From Lama glama (taxonomy: Eukaryota), in contig CM052832.1 of assembly GCA_028534125.1 (NCBI GenBank), positions 9,860,001 through 9,924,000 of the forward strand: 64,000 nt of DNA. The letters run 5' to 3'. The position numbers were made by a program, and so were the translations under genes. A model generated the notes under the pieces. It was not told where the DNA came from, searched no databases, and saw only the letters and a program-made list of their open reading frames with translations. Of this stretch, positions 36,304-47,477 are shown in pieces (the first letter of the stretch is position 1; the number at the start of each line of letters is the position of its first letter).

Positions 36304-36552
36304 CACTGTGCTTTGTACCTGCCTGTCCTGTCTCTTTGGAGGGGGTCTGGAGCTGATAAGAGACAGGGGAGGATTCAGCCCAGTGGGCTTCTTTCTGGAT
36401 TCAAAGTTCAAATGCCCCCGATGAGGGTCAGGATCAGGGGATACAGACCGAAGGGACTGAGTCCATCACCCTGTTGCCCCCAACTCCCAGCCCTACTGGA
36501 GATCTAGCTTCTTACGGGGCTTGGTTGCCTCTGGGGGCACTGTCCCTCCTCA

Positions 36553-36571
36553 TGGCCACAAGGTGGCGCTG
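36553..36571 (+). promoter_or_regulatory. CTCF motif (forward)
   Basis: TGGCCACAAGGTGGCGCTG versus consensus TGGCCACCAGGGGGCGCTA. Confidence 0.7.
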
Positions 36572-37911
36572 CAGCCACACTGGTCACAACTCCAGCTGTG
36601 GCCTGAGCCAGCTGAGCCAGGTGATGTGGGAGACCTGGTTGCTTGTAAACCAGGTCTACTCTTCTTGGCTGCTGTTTTGGGGCACTGTTGGACCAGGACA
36701 TCCCTGGCCCTGAATGGGGCTGCATGTTTCTCCTGTTCCCCACCCCCAGTTCTAGTGGTAACCTCTCCAGGTTCTTTCCCTCTCCGGCAGAGAGTCTGCC
36801 TGCTCTGTGGAGGCAAGGCCAGCCCTCTGCTCTCTGACTTTGTGTCTCTAGCAGGACAGGCTCCCTAGGAGGTGAGGAGGTGTGTCCTTCTATGGGTTTG
36901 GGGAAAGAGGGAGCCACGTGAATTAGTTCGGGAGGAGACAGGAGCACAGGATGCTGGGTGGAGTCAAGCACATGGGTTCTACTCCTGGCTCTGGCACTGT
37001 CTTGGCAGATCCTTTCCTCTCTCTGGGCTAAAGTCCGCCACCTCCTAATAGTTCCCAGGAGCCTCGGCTCTAAGATCCTGGGGTTTTATGGTCTCACCCA
37101 GCATAGGGAAATGGGCTTGGGGCAGAGAGGGGAGAAGAGGGAGTTTCCTGAGCCCTGGGAGTCTGGAGGGGAGGGTGGAGAGGGTCTCTGGGGGCTTTGT
37201 CTCGTTCTCCCTCTACCTCCCACAGTCTCTTTAGGCAAAGACCAAAGTGGCTTCCTCCTGATAGGGCCCTGAGAGGCCAAAGGGGCCTAATTAAAAGAGA
37301 AAAAAATTCCAGGATGAAGATGGCTGAGAGGGCAATTTCCTCCTTGTAGAATGGGAGATCAAATCAATGTTGGAGCAATTAAAACATAAGGGAGAGAAGG
37401 AAAGGGGGCCGGGCGTGTGGGTGATTGTGGCTGGGATGGGGATTAATCTCAAGGTCAGATGGAGCGGTGGATGTCCTTAGGGAGTTGGAGCCAGCCCAGG
37501 GGCTGGCTGGCACCTCCTTCTAGTTCCAGGCCCCACCCCACTGCCAGGACCTGCCCAAGGCCTGGGAGCCCCCTTCTCAGACCCTCCTGGGACAGGACCT
37601 GGAGTCTGGCTGGGAGATACCTGGTGAGGGAGGGGTGGAGGTGTTTGAATCCCAAGGCCAGTAGTTCAGCTGATTGAGGACTCTCCTACCCCCATTTGTT
37701 ATTCCTCTTCACCCTGGGGACTGACTCAGTGGAGTGGCAGAGCTGCCCACCTGTTCCCTCAAGCAGCCCCTCAAGACCATGGTATCACCCCCCTCCACCT
37801 GCCTGCTGGCTTCCTGCCGAATGGATTCCTTCAGTCTGGCTACCACCTGAAGCTTGGGAAGCAGGGTCTGGACCGCCTACTGGGCAGCACTGAGGGTGTG
37901 AGTGGGGGTTC

Positions 37912-37930
37912 TGCCCACAAGAGGGCGCCA
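37912..37930 (+). promoter_or_regulatory. CTCF motif (forward)
   Basis: TGCCCACAAGAGGGCGCCA, a strong core match. Confidence 0.6.
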
Positions 37931-40900
37931 CAGGGCCAGGAGCAGGCAGCTGCCAGCCCATCTGGTGGCAGCCAGGGAAATCTCAGCTTAATTATGCATT
38001 CCAAGCTGTATGCCTGGGGGCCCTGCAGTCCTAAGGGTTCAGTTAAGGCAGGCACAAGTGTTGCCTCCAGAATTCCAACAAGCCACCAAAAAGCATTCGT
38101 GTATCTGAGACTGGTCTTCACGACCCTTAGTTTGTGGTTGGAAGGGAATTGGCTGACAGCTCCTGACTAGTGGCTATGAACATCTCTGATTAAATAAGAA
38201 GAGGATGTAGTCTTTGTCCATGCCCTTCATTTGGTAGACAACACTTTTCCAGATGTCGGGGGAAATTATTTGTAAAAAGGTGGAGTGGGTGAGGGATCGT
38301 GTGAAAGCAGAGATGGACCTGTTTAACTGAGGAAGCCTCTTATACTGGGAGTTGGAGCCGAGGTCCGCAAAGTAAGACAGACACTCATCGGGATGTACAC
38401 ACGGGAAGGTGGCTTTCCACCCTGCCTTCTGCAGAGCCTCTCCTTCTGGTCGTTTGGACAGAAAGCCAAGAGTGGACTCCGGGCCCTGCTGAGGATGGCA
38501 CTGGCTCTCGGCTCCTTTAGTACCTACCTCCTCAGTGTTAGGAGGTCCTGGCCGTCCAACGGTGTCTCCACCAAGGCCTGCTCCACTGTCTGTAGAACAG
38601 GGCCATCTGGGAAGCTGGAAGTGGGGTGAAGCCTGGGGGTGGAGGGAGGGGAGGAGTAGGTTTCCATCCTTCCTTTAAATCAGAGATTCTTCACTGTTTG
38701 GAGCCAGTGGCTTGGATGAAAGTCTGATACACACTGGACCTTCCCCTCCCCTCCACATAGTCTCCTAAAAAACGAACCCCAAATTTAACCCTCTTGCTCC
38801 CAGCTCATACCTCTTTCCCCATCGCAGAGCCCATGCCCCTCCACGCCACCTGGTATGTCGGCTGGAGCAGCTAGAAAAGGCCCCTTCAATTTGCCTCCTG
38901 CCCCTCACCTCCCGAGACCTTAGCCTCTGGGGGTCCAGCCCCCATTCCCCTCTCAGGCTCCTCCAGTCTCATCTTTTTTCTTTGCTCTCTCTTTTCCAAG
39001 GGGGGCAGTGGAATTTATACAATATTTAAGCAGCCAGAGCTGAGTCCGGGAAGATATTATTAATGTAAAAGGGACGGGCTGCAAATGCTTTTGGACCTGG
39101 TTACAATTAGAGGGTGATTTTTCTAAAGGTCAATGAATTCAGATAATATCCACAGGGGGGAGAGAAATTTAATACCTTTTTAGTGAATTAATTAATTATA
39201 ATATTATATCGGCTTGGGGTTCTTTTCCAGAGTGATTAAGGGAGCGATCCATCTTCTGTGAGGCCAGGGAGCAGCGCCTGCCGCCAGTGAGGACCCTGTC
39301 TCGGGGCTCAGGGTGGGGCCCTTCCCTCTCCTCTCACCGTGGTGGTGGCTGGAGGGGCTGCCTGCCCGGCAGCAGGGGAGGCAGGCTGGACCCCGTCCAG
39401 GTGACGGCAGGTGCAGTGATTGGCAGTGACTTTTCCCTCAGCCTGCGCCCGCAGGCCCGCCCCACTCTGGCTGCCTTGTCACTGAGCCTCACACCATGGC
39501 TTGAGAAGCTGTGGTATGGCTTATGGCCTCCTCTTTACACTTGGAGAAACCGAGGCCCATGGGGGTGGCAGAGCTGGCTGGAAATAATGAGCAGGGTCCT
39601 CCCACCTCCCACACTGGGTCTTCTGGAAAATCTCCAGTGGCCTGTGAAGTTCCTCTTTCAGAAAGAGGCTCTTTAAGGGCAAAGCATGTGCCCAGGCTCT
39701 GCCTGCAAAATGAAAATGCCCCAGGAGTGCTGATAAGTCAAGTTGCTGTGAAGCCTGGAGAGGGAATAGCTAAGATTTCTGACCCTGGAGGGACCTGAAA
39801 GCGACCGGCGAGAGGCGTTTCTCACTCGCGTGTTCATTCATCCATGTATTCAATCACTCAGTCACTCAGCAAACATTTGTGGCTATCTGCTCTTGCACCA
39901 TCACAGACAGACTGAAATAGCCCTTCTCCAGGCCCCGCCCACCACATCTTGTGCCCCAGGTGCTCACCTAAGTCATGGAGGGTGGGCTGGGTAGACCTCC
40001 ATGGTCCTTTTTCATCCAGACGGCAGACCTCATCACCTGAGGGCAGGAAGACTGGCTGGGAAATGGTAGCCATTCAATCACTCAGCAAACCCCAAGCACC
40101 CACTTAGAGCTGGTCTTGTGCTGGGTGCCTGGGATGCTTGGGTGGATAAGGGACAGTACCTACTCACTAGGAGACAGTCCCCAGGCAAGTGGAGCCAGGG
40201 AGACAGACACATGAACAGCCATGATTCAGAGAGGGATTTGCAGGAAGACAGAGGTGATATTAAACTGGATTGTGAGGGAGCAAGGAGAGGGAGGGAACAT
40301 TCAGGCATGGGGCACACAGTGTGTGGAGGCCAGACGACTGGGGGCACCTGCGGATGGCAGTGCTGGTGAGACTGCCGGATGAGGCTGGTGGGCCCAGGCA
40401 TTGAGCAGAACTATTCCACGAGGCGCAGGTTCTGGGGCCAGGAAGGCAGGGAGCAGCAAAAACAAATGGGCCTGTGCTGAAACGTGGCTCTGACAGGGCT
40501 TGCTGTGCTACGGGGGTGAGGGAGATAGTCTCTGCCTCAGTTTCCCCTCCTGGAATGGGGGTTGCCATCTCTACCTCCCAAGGTCGTTGTGGGAATTAAA
40601 AGAATAGCCAAAGGGAAGTGCCAGGCACAGCATCTCACTCCAGGTGTGGCTCCAGATACTTCCAGGTGGCCCTTGAGGGGTGGCTGGGTCAGGCCCCTGC
40701 CCCTGACTGTGTCCTCAGTTTCTTTTTCCTCCCGAGAGGATGCCAGCAGAGGCCCTAGCCTGGGGGCCTCTTTGGGGCAGGAGGGGACCAGCGTTTCCCT
40801 CCCCTCCTCACTGGGCCGCCGTGCCTCGTCCCTCTCCTCCCTCTCCGCAGCCCCTTGGCCCTGGCTGCCCCTGCCGCTCCCCCATCCTCTCCTCCCTTTC

Positions 40901-41898
40901 CGTGTGCGGCGGGCCGGGAGGGCCTTCCCATTGTACTATCTTTGGGCCCTAAATTAAAATTGATGACATCTTGAAATGAGCAGTGAGGGTAATTTTGTTT
41001 CTGAGCCGGGATGCTAATGAGGCCCCTTAATGGCGCGAACGCCGAGCTGACGGGTCGTGTGTCACGCGCCGCGGCGAGGGGGGTAATGGCCGCGGTAAGT
41101 GCCGGTAATTACACCCTGTCTCTCTGTATTTTGGCAGCCCTGGTGGGAGAGCGGGGGCTCAATCACTGCCGGCGGGGGCACCCCCACCCACCGCGGGGCT
41201 GACAGCCAGAGATACCCTCCTCACCTGCCAGGCCCGCATCTCCGGCCCCACCGAAACCAGGGGCCTGGGGCACAGCGCCCCCTCGAGGCACACAGAGTGT
41301 GCAACAGACGCACACCGCCACACGGGTGTTAACACCCACAGCCCTGGCACACACCTGCAGTGTGCACAGCACTTTCACACCTGTGTGCTCACTCATTATG
41401 CCCCCCGCACCCTGTGAGCACACACAGCTCCAGGACACACCCTCATTGCACACACGAGCATGGGCACACAAACATCCTCAGATAGCACCGGTGCACTGAG
41501 CACCTTCTGTGCTTCACATGTGGTCCCTCTAATCCTCCCGACTCTCTTGTGAGCTAGGTATGATTATTCCCATTTTGTGATGCAGAAACTGAGCCCTGGG
41601 AGATGAAGCAACTTGTCCATAGTGACACAGCTGGACAGAGGCAGAGGCAGGGGTGGAAGTCAGGTCTGTCTTACTTTGCAGTCTTGGCAGCCACGTTTCC
41701 TCGTCCATGTGCCGACATGTCTCTCAGTGTGCAGACACACGTATGCCTGCATCATCACACACAGGTCGTGTATCTCCTCTGTGCACCCAGACACACCTAC
41801 CAATGCACTGCCGACACACAGGTGCACGGGAGCGTGTAGTGTGAACACGCAGATACACACACAGGCGTACGTACTTGGATCACATAATTTTTTTTTTT

Positions 41899-41998
41899 NN
41901 NNNNNNNNNNNNNNNNNNNNNNNNNNNNNNNNNNNNNNNNNNNNNNNNNNNNNNNNNNNNNNNNNNNNNNNNNNNNNNNNNNNNNNNNNNNNNNNNNN
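41899..41998. other. Assembly gap (100 N) flanked by a 16-bp direct repeat
   Basis: Run of N; TGGATCACATAATTTT at 41876-41891 and 41999-42014. Confidence 1.
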
Positions 41999-42469
41999 TG
42001 GATCACATAATTTTCACACTCCACATGCACACAGGGTGCCAGTCAGGCAGCTGCTCCACGCTCTGGCATCTTGATTTCTAAAGAAGGGGAAATAAGTCCT
42101 GCTCCACTTCCCTCCTGGGTACTTAACTGTTGTTAAGGCAGAGTGACAGCTACACAAAGGAGTGTGATTTGCCCTCCTACCACCCCCCTGCAGAAATACA
42201 CACCAGGCGCACACATAGACATTGTACACTTATGTACATGCTCTGGACACGTTGTGTCTAAGCTCCCCATGCATGCAAGATGCAGCCTTGAGACACATCT
42301 CTGCATGCACACGATCCACATGCAATGAACACACATGTGCAGCCCAGGCACAGAGCCCCAAGTGTGTATAGCAGTGAAACTGGAAACTCCACAAAGCCCA
42401 TGGGTACTTGTCATGTGTGTATCCTGCCCATCCCCCTGGCAAACATTTATCAACATGATTACAGTAGAA

Positions 42470-42680
42470 GGTAAAAGCATGGACTTTGGTGTTTGACTGC
42501 CTTGGTTCTTGGCCTGGGTCCATCGCTTTACTTGCTGTGTGACCTTTAGCAAGTTACTTAACCTCTCTGTGTCTCATTTTCCTTCTCTGTAAAATGGGAT
42601 AGGGATGTTGTGAGGGTTAAATGAGTTAACAGATGTAAAGCACTTAGTGCCTGGCACATGGTGAGCTCCCAATAAACGTG
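42470..42680. mobile_element. MIR (one of many further copies, e.g. ~20390, 24720, 26020, 27770, 28190, 41550, 45050, 63740)
   Basis: GCTGTGTGACCTTTAGCAAGTTACTTAACCTCTCTGTGTCTCATTTTCCTTCTCTGTAAAATGGG...GTAAAGCACTTAG. Confidence 0.8.
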
Positions 42681-44771
42681 GGGGCAAGGTGTATGTCTGT
42701 GACAAAGGATGCACATCAAGATGTGACAAGGCCTGAGGAGCTGGGCAGTGGAAGGCAGAAGGCGGAGTGCCCACTTCAGGCTGGAGTGGTCAGGGAGGGC
42801 TTCCTGGAGAAAGAGGGCTTTGGGCTGGGCCTTGAGAAGAACTGGGGCCACTGTTTATTGAGCACCTACTCTGTGCTGGACCCTGAACTAAACACTGGGT
42901 ATGCATTAATCCCCTGAGTCCTCTCTGACCCCCAGGAGTTAGGGACTGTCATATTCGCATTACTGATGAGGAGAAAAAAAGCATGGAGAGACTTGGTAAC
43001 TTGTCCAAGGACAGGAAGGGCTTAGATGAGAGGAGAGGAGGCTCGGGAATTCCAGGGTGGAGAGCAGCATGTGTCAAAAATAGAGCAACAGATGGGAAAA
43101 CACCCCATGGGGCTTTCCCTGATACACTGTAACAGTTTCCAGATAATGAGAAGGGGTGAGCATCTGGAGGGGCGTTCTGACCTAATTGCTGTGTCTCTCA
43201 CGGTGACACTAGGGACCTGGTGGGGGTAGGAGTGGCTGGCCCTGCCCCTAGATGCTGGAGCATCTTCACCTCCCCCTACCTCCCACCAGTTAGGAAAGGA
43301 GTGGGTCATCCTGAGCATCTCAGCCCTGGAGACCAGGCCTGGCTCTCTAGAGAGGGAGGACTCAGGAGGGCAAGAAGGGTGGGAGGAGGTAGCGAGGTGC
43401 AGGGAGCAAATCTCTGGCTCCCCGGAAGCCAGCATGGCTGCACCTCAGGGGCTGATTCCCCGGACTCCACAATAAGGATAAATGCTCACCAGGAAATTCA
43501 AGGCTCTCCTCAAACAGGCCACAATATCCCTTTTGGCTTCACGTCCATTAAAGCATCCCAGGGCTTGACAAGCTGGTCCACTCACCGTATTCCAAGAGAT
43601 CAGAGATATATTTTTCAGTGTTGGCACAAGCTGTTCCCACCTGCGGTGCATTTTTCAACACCCAGCCAACAGAAGGGCCGCATCCTCCACCGGCTCTGGG
43701 TTCAAGCCCTCTGGGGCCCCTCCGCCCGGGATACGTATCTCAAGTCCTTCAGCCAGCGGCAGAGCATTAATACGGAACTGCGCCTCATCTGGGTGGGTAG
43801 TCATTTGGGTGGTTGGCCTAAGGCCCTGTCCCCTGCCCTCTGCAGATTCCTCTCTGTCACCTACTCCCAATCCCTTGGGCCACCTGCCCCCTTCACACCC
43901 AGCAGCCTTTACACCGGACACCGATTGCCTTAACCCCTTTCCCTAAGTCACAGTGTGCCCAGCCACACTCACCACAAGTAGCCCTGACCCTCCTCCTCCC
44001 ACATGGCCCTTCTCTAGAACGTAGCGCTCTCCTGTCAACCCGGAGAAGAAGTGTGGCTGGGCAGGAGGGGCGGGGCTGTGGGCTTCTGAAGCCCCCCAGT
44101 TGTGGGTTAGCACCCCAACTCCCCCTCTTCCTGGCGGTGGGAATTTGGGGAAGTCCTCCACTCACAACTCCGTGCTTTTGTTTTTCTTCTTCTGCCAGGG
44201 GAGGGGGTGCTGACAATCCAACTCCTCCGAGGCTGAGGATGCTCTGGGATTGGTGTGCCCAGCAGCTGGCCGATGGCAGGCAGGGGAGGGGGTGTCCACT
44301 GTGGGATCATGTCATGTATTGTCCAAATCAGGACGCTTTAAGAGTGGAAGAGGGCCCTGCGAATAATTACATCAGGGCAATGGGCGAAAAAGAGGGCTGT
44401 CCTGGGAGAAGCAGGACATGCAGGGTGGAGCCCCTTCCTGCCCACACCTCTGGTGGGATGGGCTGGAGCGTCTGTGTGACCCCTATGGCCAGGAGGTCTG
44501 GCTACCTCAGGGCCCTCAGGAGCCAGCACGGGCTGGGGCTGCGGAGGCATATAGAAAAGGTCACATCTGGGAGCAAAAGCCTGGGAGGGGGAGGTGCCTT
44601 CCCAGAGGCTAGGGAGGTGGCGCTATTGAGAGCACTCCCAAGGCTAGACAGGCGAGAGGAAACCTGAGAGGTGGGAAAGAAGGAAAGGGGACCCCAAATC
44701 CCAAGATGCTCTCCTGGATGTATGAGCAGCCTCCATTACAGAAAACAGTGACTGCCGTCCTTACAAAGCAC

Positions 44772-44953
44772 AGAACAAGACCTGCAGTCTAGCACCGGGA
44801 ACTGTATCCTATGTTGTAATAACCTATAAGGGAGAAAAATCTGGAAAAGAATAGAGATATATATGTGTGTAACGGAATCACTTTGCTGTACACCTGAAAG
44901 TAACACAACACTGTAAATCAACTACACTGTAATAAAAATAAATAAATTTTTAA
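44772..44953 (+). mobile_element. 5'-truncated L1 3' end (cetartiodactyl type)
   Basis: ...GAATCACTTTGCTGTACACCTGAAAGTAACACAACACTGTAAATCAACTACAC plus A-rich tail; TSD AAAGCAC at 44765-44771 and 44954-44960. Confidence 0.85.
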
Positions 44954-46834
44954 AAAGCACTGGCTTTGCAAGGCAGACATGCCTCTGAGCACTCTTCATG
45001 CATTGGCTCATCTAATCCTCACAGCAGGCCTTGGGGGTTGGGAGGTGGTACTATTATTCTTCCCATTTTATAGAGGAGAAAGCTGAGGCACAGAGAGGGT
45101 GAGAGTAACGCACCCAATGCTACACAATTTAGGAAGAGTGGGGATCTGAACCCAGCAGCCTGTCCCTGTTCCCTGAGGCCCTGCTCCCTGCTTACAGAGA
45201 AATTAAGCTGCGTTGCTGGAGGCAGCTGGCCTCATGGGGAGGGGCAAGTCACCTTCCACTCCAGGTCCCATTTTTGAACTTCATGAGGCCTGGGAAATTC
45301 TGCAGGAGGCAGCAGGACTGGTAGAAAGTAGCTTGGCTTTGGAGTCAGACCTGGGTTTGAATCTGACCCCATCACTCATTAGCCATGTTAACTTCCTGGG
45401 AGCTTTTCTCACTCTTGTGGAAGCTGTGTCTCCCTGCCTGGAAAATACCTGTTCTGTTGGGTGTCAGAGGCTCTAGACGCTAAGCTGTGGGAGGTGACCG
45501 GCGCGAGGTGGGTATTTCATGAGTGCTGGTTCCCTGTGCTCTCACTCTCCAAGCTCGGCCTGCCCTGGGCTCCCCTCTCCCCAAGGAGTCTGGAACTCGG
45601 GGTTCCAGAGCCCATGATTCCTTCCTGATTTGGGCCAGGGGTTGTGAAGGAGGAAGGGCTGCAGGCTCCTGAATCTGAGATGCTCAGAATGGTAGAACTT
45701 GTTATTATTTATATTATTACCATGGAAGGGCACCGACTTCAGGCCAAGGCAGCGTGAACCCCTCCAGCTGCTCCTTTGTGACCAGGACCGGCTCAGACGC
45801 TGGGTTGGGGTTGGGGGGCTCCTCTTACCTTGGGCCCCTCAGGTGCCTTAGCTGGTAGGTTCTAGAAAAGGGAAGGAGGAGAGGGGAGGCTGCTTCCTAA
45901 TGAATGATTAGTGTCTGCTGAGTGGCTAATCATGTGGTTCCGTGTAATTAAGAAGCTAATTAGTGCTGTGTCAATTAAGGTTTAATTAGTCCCTTCTTTG
46001 GAGAAGCCTGAAAGACCCTCATGCTGGAAGCTTCTGGAATGGAAGGTGGGTGGGGATGGGGAGGTGGCTGCAAGGAGAGACATCGCGTGTTGCAGAGGGA
46101 GCCCCTCTCCCTCTTGTACCCCCTGCAGTTCTGGGATCAGTGATTTATTGACCCCTGACCCCACCCCTACTGGCTCTGGTCATGGAGATTTGGGGGGGTC
46201 CATGAGGCTCTGCCCTATCACCAGGATTTTCTCACCCCCACCAGAGTGATGACGCCCCTGCACAGCTCCTGTGGAAGGGGGCCTTAAGGCACTGCACCCT
46301 ATTCTCCACAGCTGCTTAAGTGGGTAACTTCAACTGCGCCCCCTTGAGGAAGATAAGGAAATTGGGACCACGAGAGGTTAAGACACTTGCTCAAGGTCAC
46401 AGCCAGTTAAGTGGCAGACATGGGATTCAATCCTAGGGCTGCCAGGTTCTTTCTTCTTGCTTTTCTCTCCTCTGCTCCATACCTGGGCACCCCACCTCTC
46501 CTTGTTACTCAGTCTTGACCTGGCCTGGTGGCTGGGTGCAGAACCACCCTGGTTCCCTCGCTGCAGACAGGAGGCAGCAGGTAGAGTGTGGTGTGCTGGA
46601 CATAGGGGCCCCGTCTGCTTGGCTATCCACAATGAAGGGACTTGGCATGACAATTATCTTTGGAGCTGTTTCCCTGAGGTTCTCCTGTCCCCTGCCACTC
46701 TGTCCCACTCTTTTCCAGAAGGGCTCCATCTCCTAATGCAGGACAGCTTCATTTTCTGTTGGGGTCCAGAGCTGCCCACGGTTTCGAAGAGAAACCACTC
46801 TCTTCCCAGTGCGCAGAATCCCCCTGCCCTGTTG

Positions 46835-47040
46835 AAAAATCTGAATAGCTTTATTGAGGTATAATTTGCAAACAAGAAAGTTTGCTAATTTTCAACGTAC
46901 AATGCAATGGTTTTTAGTACATTTAGAGTTGTCTGGCCATCACCGCAATCTAGTTTGAGAACATTTGCATCACTTCCAATCAGAATCCTGTACCCATTCG
47001 CCGTCACCCACTAATCCACCCTACCTCCCCTGCACCAGCC
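46835..47040 (-). mobile_element. L1M 3' terminus fragment
   Basis: AATAGCTTTATTGAGGTATAATTTGCA...AGAGTTGTCTGGCCATCACCGCAATCTAGTTTGAGAACATTT, a typical L1MB/L1MC end. Confidence 0.7.
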
Positions 47041-47375
47041 CCCTGTCCCCACCTCCCACCTCCTTTCTCTATTTCTCACCTTTCTCCTCTTGATTATGTC
47101 ATGAGCACCTGGTTTCAAGGTGAATGTCTTTGCTGAATGAATGTCTTTGCTGAATGATTCCCCAGTGCTTACAGGATGAAGCCCACACTCCTTGGTGGTA
47201 CTTCAAGGTTTATTGCACTCCCAGCCCTTCCTTCCTTCCTTCCTACTTCCTCCAAAGGATGTGGGCAGGATGGCTTTTCTGGGCAAGTGAGGTCATGCAA
47301 TCTGCTCCCTCCCCTATGCCTGGGTGAAGACACTCAGCACCATCACTCTGGGGCCCAGAGTTGCCATTTCATTTC

Positions 47376-47477
47376 TCTTCTTTATTTTTTAATGGAGGTG
47401 CTGGGGATTGAAATCAGGACCTTATGCATGCTAATCACGTGATCTGCCACTGAGCTATACCCTCCACACCCCCCCAT
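47376..47477 (-). mobile_element. tRNA-derived SINE, camelid Vic-1-like
   Basis: Reverse strand reads GGAGGGTATAGCTCAGTGG (A box)...GGTCCTGATTTCAATCCCCAGCACCTCCATTAAAAAATAAA (degenerate B box, A-rich tail). 11-bp TSD CATTTCATTTC at 47365-47375 and 47478-47488. Confidence 0.85.

Larger units (their letters stand above)
29863..36325 (+). other. TFEB: TFEB gene body from first coding exon (exon 2 in human numbering) to approximate 3' end; the upstream non-coding exon(s) probably lie outside the window, so most of 1-29862 is intron 1
   Basis: Eight GT-AG-bounded exons with compatible phases splice to 1440 nt (479 aa + stop). The product is recognisably TFEB: MASRIGLRMQLMREQ...polyQ...bHLH-LZ...SRRSSFSMEEGDVL. 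It is convergent with MDFI, as in human. Confidence 0.98.

Noticed and set aside
43220..44667. 237-aa and 204-aa intergenic ORFs
   Set aside because: Non-ATG starts, no recognisable family, and lengths plausible by chance at this GC content.
47376..47477. Possible tRNA gene (TAGCTCAGTGG A box)
   Set aside because: A-rich tail, TSD and degenerate B box show it is a tRNA-derived SINE.
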